From IMG/VR virus record IMGVR_UViG_3300037343_000158, positions 1 to 60,622 of that record: a DNA stretch of 60,622 nucleotides; one strand, 5' to 3'. The notes beneath the pieces were generated by a model. That model made no database searches. It worked only from the letters and a program-made list of their open reading frames with translations, and was not told the DNA's origin. Source of the stretch: a virus. Its lineage: Duplodnaviria > Caudoviricetes. Below, in pieces: positions 37,365 through 45,645 of the stretch. Within the stretch, counting starts at the first letter, position 1, and every line of letters starts with the position of its first letter. A program made the position numbers and the translations under genes.

Positions 37365-37881
37365 GAGGAAGAGCTTTTGCTCTTTTAGCGGCTTTCTTAT
37401 CTTTTTCTCTTTGGCGCTTCAATGCTTTCTCTGCTTTTTCCTGTTGGTAAGCCAAAACCGCGTTAACGCTAGTTCTACTCTTCCACGAAAACTCGCATAC
37501 GGTGCAGATTACTAATCTGGCAGTGGTCCATCTTCCGCCACCTGGAATTTCTACAGACTCTGTGACAAGCTTTGAGGGCCTCGCTGAGCAGTATGGGCAG
37601 TTGGGGTAGCGTCTTCTACGAGCTTCTTCTCCCTTGTACGAGACTGAAAGCGTCCTACGCATTTCTACTTCGTCTTTGCCACCCCAGATGCCCCAAATCT
37701 GCCTGTGCTCAAGCGCCCATTGGAGGCACTGTTTTCTTACAGGGCAGCTAAAACATAAATTTTTTGCATCGTATTTTTCTTTTGGCTCTTTAGAAAAGAA
37801 CCAGTCAATCGAGTTGATGTTCTCGGGTTGGGCGCAGAGGGCTTGGGCCTGCCACTTTAGATTATCTGCTGGTTTCCACAC
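37354..37881 (-). CDS. whiB: WhiB family transcription factor with C-terminal Zn-ribbon-like extension
   Basis: WQAQALC...AKNLCFSCPVRKQC...GIWGG; then CPYC...CTVC and a Lys-rich tail. Confidence 0.88.
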   Translation of the reverse strand: MWKPADNLKWQAQALCAQPENINSIDWFFSKEPKEKYDAKNLCFSCPVRKQCLQWALEHRQIWGIWGGKDEVEMRRTLSVSYKGEEARRRRYPNCPYCSARPSKLVTESVEIPGGGRWTTARLVICTVCEFSWKSRTSVNAVLAYQQEKAEKALKRQREKDKKAAKRAKALPPSL

Positions 37882-37934
37882 GACTTCTATACTACCTTAG
37901 AAAACTATAAAAACCTTACACTAAATACTATAAA

Positions 37935-38270
37935 CTAAAACTCTATCCAAGTAAATTCTTCGGGCTTTTCTATAGAATCTCCATACTGTGTCTCGCCATC
38001 CTCGTCACAGTACGTGTATTCGTTCTCATCTGGGAGAATTCCAGCCCAACCAGCATGGATGTCGCGGTCTTCTAGAAACTTAAATCCGTCGCCCAAGGAG
38101 TCAACAACTCCGTCACGTTGAAGCACAGAAGCCAAAGCTCTGCGAACAATCTCGTTGTCCATGTCTATGTGCCCGATTGTGCAAAATATTAGCTCCGAGT
38201 CATTCTCAGAGAAATAGTCACTCCCGCTCCACTGAAACCAGAGGTGCTCACCGTGCCTGATATCTTTCAC
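37935..38270 (-). CDS. hypothetical protein
   Basis: ORF with 4-nt overlap to the upstream gene. Confidence 0.65.
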   Translation of the reverse strand: MKDIRHGEHLWFQWSGSDYFSENDSELIFCTIGHIDMDNEIVRRALASVLQRDGVVDSLGDGFKFLEDRDIHAGWAGILPDENEYTYCDEDGETQYGDSIEKPEEFTWIEF

Positions 38271-38566
38271 AGATAGTCTTCTTCTCTGCCAGGCTCTTCG
38301 ATTAGTTCAAAACCTTTTTTAACACTCTTTTTAAAAAGCTTTTTGTCCTCGGTGTCTAGGGAGTAAATCCCAGAAACAGTTATTTCCCCGCACAGGTGGC
38401 AAGTTTCTACAGAGCCAGTGTTGTGTTTTATCGGGACGTCAACGCCCTTGAGGCGCATAAGGATATTTCCAGAGTCGTCAATGCTTTCAGGCTCCCAGTG
38501 GGCATGAGTTTTTAGCCAACACTTTTCACAGGTCGGCAGAGGAACTTCTGGGCGGTTTGAACTCAT
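38267..38566 (-). CDS. hypothetical protein with two CxxC motifs
   Basis: CEKC...CHLC. Confidence 0.65.
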   Translation of the reverse strand: MSSNRPEVPLPTCEKCWLKTHAHWEPESIDDSGNILMRLKGVDVPIKHNTGSVETCHLCGEITVSGIYSLDTEDKKLFKKSVKKGFELIEEPGREEDYL

Positions 38567-38575
38567 ACATATATT

Positions 38576-38878
38576 CTACCGTCTTACCCAAAGAGGCAAT
38601 TGGATTTTAGGTATCTTTACGGGGTTCCTAGCGCGAATTTTGGCTCGTTCTCTAGGAGTTAATCCTCCCCACATTCCGTGCTCTTCATACACAATGCCCC
38701 ACTCAGCGCACTCTAACTTGTGAACGCAAGTGCCGCAAACTTCCCTCGCACTTATGTACGGGTCTTCCCACCTAGCGCCTTTAAACGAGACATCTGGGTC
38801 AACAGAGTAGAACAAAGCTGTCCCTACTTCGGCACAGGCAGGTTCTTCGTAATTCCAGGGTTCTCTAGGGTTCGGCAC
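38576..38878 (-). CDS. whiB: WhiB family transcription factor
   Basis: C...CGTC.HKLEC...HGMWGGLTPRER. Confidence 0.88.
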   Translation of the reverse strand: MPNPREPWNYEEPACAEVGTALFYSVDPDVSFKGARWEDPYISAREVCGTCVHKLECAEWGIVYEEHGMWGGLTPRERAKIRARNPVKIPKIQLPLWVRR

Positions 38879-38908
38879 TTTTGTCTTTCTGTCTTTAAGT
38901 TTTAGCTA

Positions 38909-39229
38909 TTAATTGTCTGATTGTTCGTGAAGCAATTTTCCTACTTCGTAACCGCACCCTGCGTACCCTGCAATGTCAATCCAGGTATCGGGTTGAAAGC
39001 CAGAATTAGCAGCATAGCGAGCTACCTTAAGGCCAACCATAGCCATAGCAACATCTTCGGTTGTAAATTCTCTTTTAAAGAGGACTGACCACACCTTGGC
39101 AATGTTCGTAAAGTTATCCTCTGGGCCGCCATACTGCTTATTACGGTCTCCCGAGATAATTTTAGCCGCTTCACGAAGTGCTTCCACTCTTGGTGGCTGC
39201 TCCGCTGAGTCTTTGTTAGTCTCTTCCAT
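38909..39229 (-). CDS. DUF6378-like protein (nucleotide pyrophosphohydrolase-like)
   Basis: GDRNKQYGGPEDNFTNIAKVW...KVAR...DTWIDIAGYA. Confidence 0.75.
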   Translation of the reverse strand: MEETNKDSAEQPPRVEALREAAKIISGDRNKQYGGPEDNFTNIAKVWSVLFKREFTTEDVAMAMVGLKVARYAANSGFQPDTWIDIAGYAGCGYEVGKLLHEQSDN

Positions 39230-39458
39230 GTTTTATCCTTGCCGTAACTTCCGCTGTGTAGTTGCTATCGTTTGACATATCTTGATTTTCGCTTACAACC
39301 ATTTCATAGTTTACGCTGTAGCTAGTCAGATATTCTTCATCTTCGAAATCAGGCTCATCTTCATCTCTAAGAAAGTTAGCTATTAGAGAATCTGCTTTGA
39401 TTTTAAGCCCGTCATACGAATCTCCCGATACTTCAAACTTGAAGGTAGTGCTAGTCAA
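39216..39458 (-). CDS. hypothetical protein
   Basis: Acidic ORF overlapping its neighbours in the operon. Confidence 0.55.
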   Translation of the reverse strand: MTSTTFKFEVSGDSYDGLKIKADSLIANFLRDEDEPDFEDEEYLTSYSVNYEMVVSENQDMSNDSNYTAEVTARIKHGRD

Positions 39459-39876
39459 TTCTAACTACCAACTTTTCAAGCATCTGAGGAGGATAGTGAG
39501 CGCCCTCTAGGAGGGGAGCTTTATCATCGGTACTGTTAACAATGATGTCTCCATAGCGAACCCCAACAACTACGCCTCTGCGCCCGTTGTGTATTGTGCC
39601 AGTATCACCTGAGAAAGCGTCTGAACGTACACGAACTTGGTCTGTGACTTTGATGTCTCCAGAACGCGCTTGAGCCCACAGTTCATTCTTTTTGTCTTTA
39701 GTGAAAACGTGGCCCAAGGCTAACTTAGAGAACATTTCAACAGTTTTTTCTCTGTGCTCATCGGGCAGCTCGATTGAGTCTAAAACCTCAATTAGCTTCA
39801 TTGTGGCATCTCCAACTGGTTTACGAACTTTAGCTGCTTGCAGTTGAGTTTTAATCCAATTTATGTCTAGTCCCAT
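39451..39876 (-). CDS. hypothetical protein (SH3/KOW-like C-terminus)
   Basis: AAGGAG RBS; DQVRV...HNGRRGVVVGVRYGD. Confidence 0.7.
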   Translation of the reverse strand: MGLDINWIKTQLQAAKVRKPVGDATMKLIEVLDSIELPDEHREKTVEMFSKLALGHVFTKDKKNELWAQARSGDIKVTDQVRVRSDAFSGDTGTIHNGRRGVVVGVRYGDIIVNSTDDKAPLLEGAHYPPQMLEKLVVRID

Positions 39877-39911
39877 TTTGGGACTCCTTTCGTCTATAGG
39901 TTGATAGGTAA

Positions 39912-40949
39912 TTACTTACTAGTCAAACTTATCTCGGATGCCATCGCTTGAATGGCTTCAGAGAGTTTTGTTTGGCCACTAGATGATGTTGCATCGAGGT
40001 ACACACTCCTCTGGAAATTAGCAAGCTCTGCCCTCTCTAGGACAGACATCTCTTCAACAGTGCTCGCTAGATGGCTCCAGTGAGCGCCTAACTCAGAGCT
40101 AAAACGCCAATCAGTTACTACAGGCTTACTGAGTGCCAGCGACTCTGCTAGGAAGGGGGTCCACCAAGGCTCCGAGGAGCGGTAGGTGGAGATTAAAGTG
40201 CCAACAGACCCAGACATGCGGTCCGCAATTTCATCCCTGTTCTCCCACTTGCTGTGCCTCACAGGGGTCATTGGGTGGCGAAGAGTCTTCTCTATAGACG
40301 TTGCCCATTTGGTTTTAGGGGCGTCGCAAGTCCAGAAAGTCTGCTCAGGGTGTGTGACTATAGATAGAGGAGCCTCTTGCAGGATTTGATAGTCCAAATT
40401 TACCCCGAAGAGTTTAGAGGAGTTAATGTTGGGAAGAGCCGACGTTAGAGAGGCTTTGTCTGACCAAGGCAGAGCTGAAAAAATTGTTGTAGGCCACTCT
40501 TGCGTGTACAAGTACTCAATAAAGCTGTAGACATCAGCTGAAAACTTTGAATCGGTCAACAACTCGTCATAGTTATTGCGACGGCTGTAGAAATCTTTTT
40601 TTAAGTCCGAAACATTTAAGTAGCAAGACTTGATTGAGGCCTGTAGTTTATAAGGCTCAGGTGCGTCAATAAAAAGTATTAAGTTGCCAAGCTCTCTGGC
40701 TTTATTTGCAATGGCAAACGCTGGGTAGATTTTGTTCGCAGAGAGGCTTGTCGGAGGAGCAATGCCTACCAAGACAGCGTCGTAAGAAGATAGCTGTTCT
40801 TTACCCATTCGCGATGAGGGCTCGATAAAGTCCACAGAAGCGCCAGAGTCCGTAAGAGACTTATACATTAGCGCCGCAAAGGTGGTGAACCTTGCCGCAG
40901 TTTTAAAAGAACTCTGCTGAGCAGTAGAGCCTGTAATTAGAACTTTCAT
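39912..40949 (-). CDS. putative GT-B-fold glycosyltransferase-like protein
   Basis: Rossmann-like start MKVLITG; C-terminal WWTPFLAESLALSKPVVTD resembles the GT-B E-x-L-x-x-x-x-PVV motif. Confidence 0.5.
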   Translation of the reverse strand: MKVLITGSTAQQSSFKTAARFTTFAALMYKSLTDSGASVDFIEPSSRMGKEQLSSYDAVLVGIAPPTSLSANKIYPAFAIANKARELGNLILFIDAPEPYKLQASIKSCYLNVSDLKKDFYSRRNNYDELLTDSKFSADVYSFIEYLYTQEWPTTIFSALPWSDKASLTSALPNINSSKLFGVNLDYQILQEAPLSIVTHPEQTFWTCDAPKTKWATSIEKTLRHPMTPVRHSKWENRDEIADRMSGSVGTLISTYRSSEPWWTPFLAESLALSKPVVTDWRFSSELGAHWSHLASTVEEMSVLERAELANFQRSVYLDATSSSGQTKLSEAIQAMASEISLTSK

Positions 40950-40980
40950 TGTGTTACTTCCCTAAAGGTTTTTGATTGGC

Positions 40981-41016
40981 CCAGAAAGCCGCCCAAGGTA
41001 CTGAGCGGCAATCTGG
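40981..41016 (-). terminator. intergenic hairpin downstream of SSB (possible terminator or processing site)
   Basis: CCAGA-aa-GCCGC...GCGGC-aa-TCTGG inverted repeat; no clear U tract. Confidence 0.4.
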
Positions 41017-41033
41017 ATTATCCAAGTTAGTTC

Positions 41034-41573
41034 TTAGAACGGTGCTGATGGTGCAGAAACAGCGGTAGCAGGCGCTGGAGCAGCAGCTGGCGCTGGAGCT
41101 GGAGCTGGAGCAGCAGCAGCTGGCGCTGGAGCTGCTTGTGCAGGAGCAGCCGAAGCGCCTGAGGAGACGTAATAGTTCTTTATTTCATTGCGCTTCTGGC
41201 CATTGTAGACACGTGAACCAATCTGACCACGGAAGCCGCGGCCAACCATTGCCTGCTCAATTTGAGAGGCGCTTGGCTCACGGTCAAAGAAGCCTTCCTT
41301 GTCTAGACCAAGTGCAGACATCTTGCGGAAAAAGATTCCTAGAGCTGTCGCGTTCTCAGGCGAGATTACCAAGTTGTCCCATACGAGACGGTTGGCGTTT
41401 GCTCCACCCTGAACCTGGCACTTGATTGCGAACATAGTTTTTCCAGACTGGGATGTCTTTGCCTCAGACTCGATTACCTTTAGCTCGTAGTCGCCATCTG
41501 GCAGTGCTTCTATGTTTGATGCTCCTGAGTCAGCAGCATCCTTGATTAGTTCTCCCCAATTAAGTGAACTCAT
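41034..41573 (-). CDS. single-stranded DNA-binding protein (DUF669-like)
   Basis: LPDGDY, SGKTM, VWDNL, YNGQKRNEIK, Ala/Pro linker, terminal PF; next to Sak4-like ATPase. Confidence 0.8.
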   Translation of the reverse strand: MSSLNWGELIKDAADSGASNIEALPDGDYELKVIESEAKTSQSGKTMFAIKCQVQGGANANRLVWDNLVISPENATALGIFFRKMSALGLDKEGFFDREPSASQIEQAMVGRGFRGQIGSRVYNGQKRNEIKNYYVSSGASAAPAQAAPAPAAAAPAPAPAPAAAPAPATAVSAPSAPF

Positions 41574-41575
41574 GT

Positions 41576-42358
41576 TTATACCTCTTCCTTATTTTTCTTA
41601 TTGTTATTTGTCTTTTCGGCCTGTTTAGGTCCGAAGATTGTATCAAGCATCATTTCGATGCTTAGGTTTTGCTGCTCAACGATTGTGCCCAATCGACCCT
41701 GAACACGCTCACCTGCTTCGTAGTCCTTTGTTCGTTCGACGTAAAGCCTACGAACTTTATGCGGAGCACCCATCGGGTCTTGATTAGGTAGCTCCTCAAT
41801 AGCCAAGGCACCGAGGATGTCGTAAAAGTACGGTGCCATGATTTTTAGCTGTCCCTGCAGATAAGGACGGTGCCGTCCATCCTGCGTAACCTGAGACATA
41901 GCCGTTAGCACGACTGCCTCAAGAGGGTTTGTAGCGTGCATTGTCAAGTCACGAAGGTCACGAAGAAGCCCGCCCATGTGGCGAAGTAGTTCGCCCCACT
42001 GTTGCATCTTCATTTGCTCGCTACCTGCAATGTTGTCAATGCACTTGACCTGGAGCTCCGAGATGGAGTCAATAATCAAGGACTTGAACTGGTGCTTGCC
42101 GCTCTGAAGCCATTGGAATGCCTTCATCACAACATCGTAGTCACGGACTGTGACAACAACTGTGTCCCAAGTTCCATCAGCTACTGGCGGTTCCTCCCTC
42201 ATCGGGTCCCAGTACTTGGTGACAATAGGCAAGAATCTGTGCCCACCCTCAACGTCAAGCATGAGACGTGGATAAGGAGCAGTTACGGCGAAGGAGGATT
42301 TACCCACCTTTGATTCACCGTAGACCATTACGGTCAAAGACCGTTGTACTTCACTCAT
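41576..42358 (-). CDS. Sak4-like AAA ATPase (AAA_24) recombinase
   Basis: VYGESKVGKS Walker A, LDVEGG, IIDSISELQ. Confidence 0.85.
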   Translation of the reverse strand: MSEVQRSLTVMVYGESKVGKSSFAVTAPYPRLMLDVEGGHRFLPIVTKYWDPMREEPPVADGTWDTVVVTVRDYDVVMKAFQWLQSGKHQFKSLIIDSISELQVKCIDNIAGSEQMKMQQWGELLRHMGGLLRDLRDLTMHATNPLEAVVLTAMSQVTQDGRHRPYLQGQLKIMAPYFYDILGALAIEELPNQDPMGAPHKVRRLYVERTKDYEAGERVQGRLGTIVEQQNLSIEMMLDTIFGPKQAEKTNNNKKNKEEV

Positions 42359-42361
42359 ACG

Positions 42362-43288
42362 TCACTCACTTCCTTTTTTGTCTGTTTCTCCATAGTATGC
42401 ATATGGGTCTGCTACTTCGTACATTGCTTCAATCGCCTGTTCGGCGGCAGAACCGTCGTCCATAAGCGTGCATACAGTGAAGAATTGGCACTTCCACTTG
42501 CAATCCCGAGAAGGGCTTGGGTAAGCGTGGAAGGCGTGGCTTTGTCCGTCGTCTAGAGCAGTGCGAACACGCATCATGTCTGCAACAGTTCCGTGGATAC
42601 GGTCCCAAAAAGACCTGAGGGTAAACACGTTGTGACGTACTTCTATTTGGTCATAGAACGGAGGGCGGGCAGCAGCAGTGCGACGAACCTTCTTTAGAAG
42701 TGTAAAGATTCCTCCCTCTGAGCGGTCGTCTCCCTTGTTCTGGTGTTGCTCAAGCAACATGTACGTCATAATCTGTTCATTCATTGGGGCCAAGTTTGCG
42801 AAGTCGCTAAGAGAGCCACCTACAGTTTTGAAATCTCTGAACATCCGAACACCGTCTATTTTGCGACGAACACGCATGTCCAGCTTGCCTTGCAGCTCAA
42901 CTTCTCCGTTGAACATTGGCATCGTAATCTTTTCTTCTGTAGAAATCATTTCAAGCTCGGAGTCAATTCCGTTCTCCTCAACCCACTGGAGGTAGCCCTC
43001 AAGCATAATGTGCCCTAGCTCAGCTTCCTTCTCAAGCTCAGTGACATCACGGAAGTCCGTTAAGAGAGTCTCTTTCTCCATCTCAACCAACTTAGTGTGT
43101 GCCTGAATAAGAGGAGCCCCCGTTGAGTAGTGCTGGTCTAGTGCCTCGTGGATACGAGAGCCTAATGCTAATGCACCTGTCATCTTCTTTTCAGTTGGCT
43201 GTAGACGGCGGTAGTACGTAAACCACCAGCGTCTTTTGCAGTCTTTGAACGTCTGAATTTCGGAGTTGCTTATTCGCATAATCGTCAT
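42362..43288 (-). CDS. Cas4-like / PD-(D/E)XK exonuclease
   Basis: ISNSEIQTFKDCKRRW, GSRIHEAL, GKLD, DFKT, Q..TY, C.WKC.F..VC. Confidence 0.88.
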   Translation of the reverse strand: MTIMRISNSEIQTFKDCKRRWWFTYYRRLQPTEKKMTGALALGSRIHEALDQHYSTGAPLIQAHTKLVEMEKETLLTDFRDVTELEKEAELGHIMLEGYLQWVEENGIDSELEMISTEEKITMPMFNGEVELQGKLDMRVRRKIDGVRMFRDFKTVGGSLSDFANLAPMNEQIMTYMLLEQHQNKGDDRSEGGIFTLLKKVRRTAAARPPFYDQIEVRHNVFTLRSFWDRIHGTVADMMRVRTALDDGQSHAFHAYPSPSRDCKWKCQFFTVCTLMDDGSAAEQAIEAMYEVADPYAYYGETDKKGSE

Positions 43289-45093
43289 TTTTTAGCCTTG
43301 TCTTCCTTGAGCATCGAGAGCAGTTGGTCTTTATCTTTCACTATCTGCTCGAAGTTGTCTGCTTTTTTCTCTAGTACTTGGATAACTCGCTCTTCAATAC
43401 TGTCTTCTGTAACGTAGTCAGTGATGATAATTGAGTCGTGAATCTCAGAACCAATTCTGTGTACGCGGTCCATAGCCTGCTTGTGGTCAACCAAAGACCA
43501 CGGACGTTGAAGCATGATAAGCCTGCGAGCTGCTGTCAAGGTGATTCCAACTCCACCAGCCTGCGCAGTGAAAAGAATCCACTTAATACGCCCGCTCTGG
43601 AAGTCGTCTACCGCTTGCTGGCGCTCGTCTTCGTTCTGCAGTCCAGTAATAAGTCCGTGCTTAATCCCAGCCTTTGTCATGGCAGCACTTAGCAAGTAGA
43701 TAAGCTGACGAGACACCGCGCAGACTGCTACGGAGTCCTCACCAAAGTCTTTAGCCTTTATGTCTGACATCACAGCATCGACTTTACAAGAGGGCTCTGA
43801 CAAAGTAGCTTTTATCTCTCCTGTTGACTCGTCCACTGTTAGCTCAGCGTAAGCGTTAGCAAACTGGTTGAGCCTAGTGGTCTGGGTCAAGATACTTGGG
43901 GCGGTTAGAGCCTGTCCATCGTCCAGTTCAGCAATCATAGTGTCGCGCATCTGAGCATAAGCCTTTTTCTGCTTAGTAGACATTTCTACATCTCGGCGCT
44001 CGTTCATAACTTCTGGAAGCCAAGGAAGAACCTTCTGCTTCAACATGCGACGCATGTGCGGGTTGAGAGTTTTGTAGAACTCTTCTTGCATGTGAGGCTT
44101 TACGCCCAAAACCAACATACCGCCAAAGGCGTTGAGCATTGTGTCAATCATTCGCTCAATCCATTTGGTCTTGCTTGGCCACTCACGAGCATCTAGCCAG
44201 TGCAGGATAGGCCAAAGGTCCACAACGTCATTAGCAATAGGGGTACCAGTCATTGCAAAGCGTATATCCGCTTCTCCCGTAGCTGACCACAGTGCTCTAG
44301 TCTGTTTTGACTTGGGGTCTTTAGAGCGGTGAATTTCGTCGGCAACTACTGCCTTAAACTCGATGTTGTTTAGTTCACGAATGTGGACTTCGCAACGGGT
44401 TTCACTAATACTTTCGTCGTGGCCCCCGCACGCTGAGCAACGAGTCAACGCAACGGAGCCATAAGGTGCAAGTCTGCTGTGAGACCGTAGGGACTCCCAG
44501 TTAATAATGAAGACATCGATGTTGCTCTCAACAGAAACGTCAAATTGCTTCTTACGCTGGGCAGCTGAGCCCTTGATAACCTGAGTAGTGACTTCAGGCC
44601 ACCATCTCTGAAATTCGCGTTGCCAGTTCTTCTTCAAAGTGTTGGGGCAGACAATCATGGCGGGAAAAACATCCTCGCCTTGCTCTCTAAGAAGCTTTAA
44701 GGCACGAATAGCCTGAGCGGTCTTACCTAAGCCTGGTTCGTCGGCCAAGAGAGCCCTTCTAGCGGTCGCTAGATACGCTACACCAGCTCTTTGGTGCGGG
44801 AACAGGTCTTCATCCCCGTCGTGCTCTTCAAGCTCTCTAAGAGCCATAGAGGGTTCTATACGGGTAGTTATTGTGTGCTGGGCCCAAGACGAAAGGCCTT
44901 CGCCAATCTCTAAGTTGTCCTTAAATGTTGAACGTAGGGCTAAACAGCTTGACCAGCTAAGCGGTATGCGCCAAACTTGCTCTTTTGTGTTCCAAGAGGA
45001 GCCTGGAATGCTTTTACACAGCTCTTTGTACCGCCAATCAGCGTTTATAAGAATGTGAGTCCCGTTTGGGTCCAATTCTGCCGATACAGCCAC
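43285..45093 (-). CDS. SNF2-family DNA helicase
   Basis: LLADEPGLGKT, ADEIH, MTGTP, GGVGITLT, QAMDRVHRIG. Confidence 0.92.
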   Translation of the reverse strand: MAVSAELDPNGTHILINADWRYKELCKSIPGSSWNTKEQVWRIPLSWSSCLALRSTFKDNLEIGEGLSSWAQHTITTRIEPSMALRELEEHDGDEDLFPHQRAGVAYLATARRALLADEPGLGKTAQAIRALKLLREQGEDVFPAMIVCPNTLKKNWQREFQRWWPEVTTQVIKGSAAQRKKQFDVSVESNIDVFIINWESLRSHSRLAPYGSVALTRCSACGGHDESISETRCEVHIRELNNIEFKAVVADEIHRSKDPKSKQTRALWSATGEADIRFAMTGTPIANDVVDLWPILHWLDAREWPSKTKWIERMIDTMLNAFGGMLVLGVKPHMQEEFYKTLNPHMRRMLKQKVLPWLPEVMNERRDVEMSTKQKKAYAQMRDTMIAELDDGQALTAPSILTQTTRLNQFANAYAELTVDESTGEIKATLSEPSCKVDAVMSDIKAKDFGEDSVAVCAVSRQLIYLLSAAMTKAGIKHGLITGLQNEDERQQAVDDFQSGRIKWILFTAQAGGVGITLTAARRLIMLQRPWSLVDHKQAMDRVHRIGSEIHDSIIITDYVTEDSIEERVIQVLEKKADNFEQIVKDKDQLLSMLKEDKAKK

Positions 45094-45162
45094 TGCTACC
45101 TCTTTCGTCGTTATGTATAGATACTAACACAGAATAAGACCCCGTGGGGCAAATCGTGTTAG

Positions 45163-45645
45163 TTACTTTTCATTATTTAATAATGCCCTAGGAATCCAAC
45201 TTTGTCTAGCTAAAGCCAGTAGAGCGTGTCGGATTGCGTCAAGCGCGTGACCTTCGCCACCTCTGTGCCATGTCTCAAGCTTTTTTAGTGCAGGGTTGGG
45301 GAACATGTTTTTAGCATCAACTGGGGCTTGAACTTTCACTTTTTCTAGGTCATACCCAGCTTCTCGACATAACTGCTTAAGAACTCCGATTTGTTCCAAA
45401 GAGTAGGGAGCCTGAGAATTACGCACAGTCTGTTGATTTATAGTGAATCTTTCGTAGACAACTAAAAAGACGTCAAAACCCTCAGCACCCTGCTTTAAGC
45501 CGTCTCTAACTCGTTCGGCATAATCATCCGCGTCAACCTCATCGGACCACTCAAGAACAGGGTTGACATCGTGGTCGCCATTCCAAGTGATAAAAGCTAT
45601 TCCACTGGCTTTTCCAGGGTCTACTGACAAAATCCCAATCTTCAT
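45163..45645 (-). CDS. RuvC-like Holliday junction resolvase (start re-called to ATG 45645)
   Basis: ILSVDPGKASGIA, VYERF, EQIG, HALDAIRH; TAATG overlap with the polA stop. Confidence 0.78.
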   Translation of the reverse strand: MKIGILSVDPGKASGIAFITWNGDHDVNPVLEWSDEVDADDYAERVRDGLKQGAEGFDVFLVVYERFTINQQTVRNSQAPYSLEQIGVLKQLCREAGYDLEKVKVQAPVDAKNMFPNPALKKLETWHRGGEGHALDAIRHALLALARQSWIPRALLNNEK

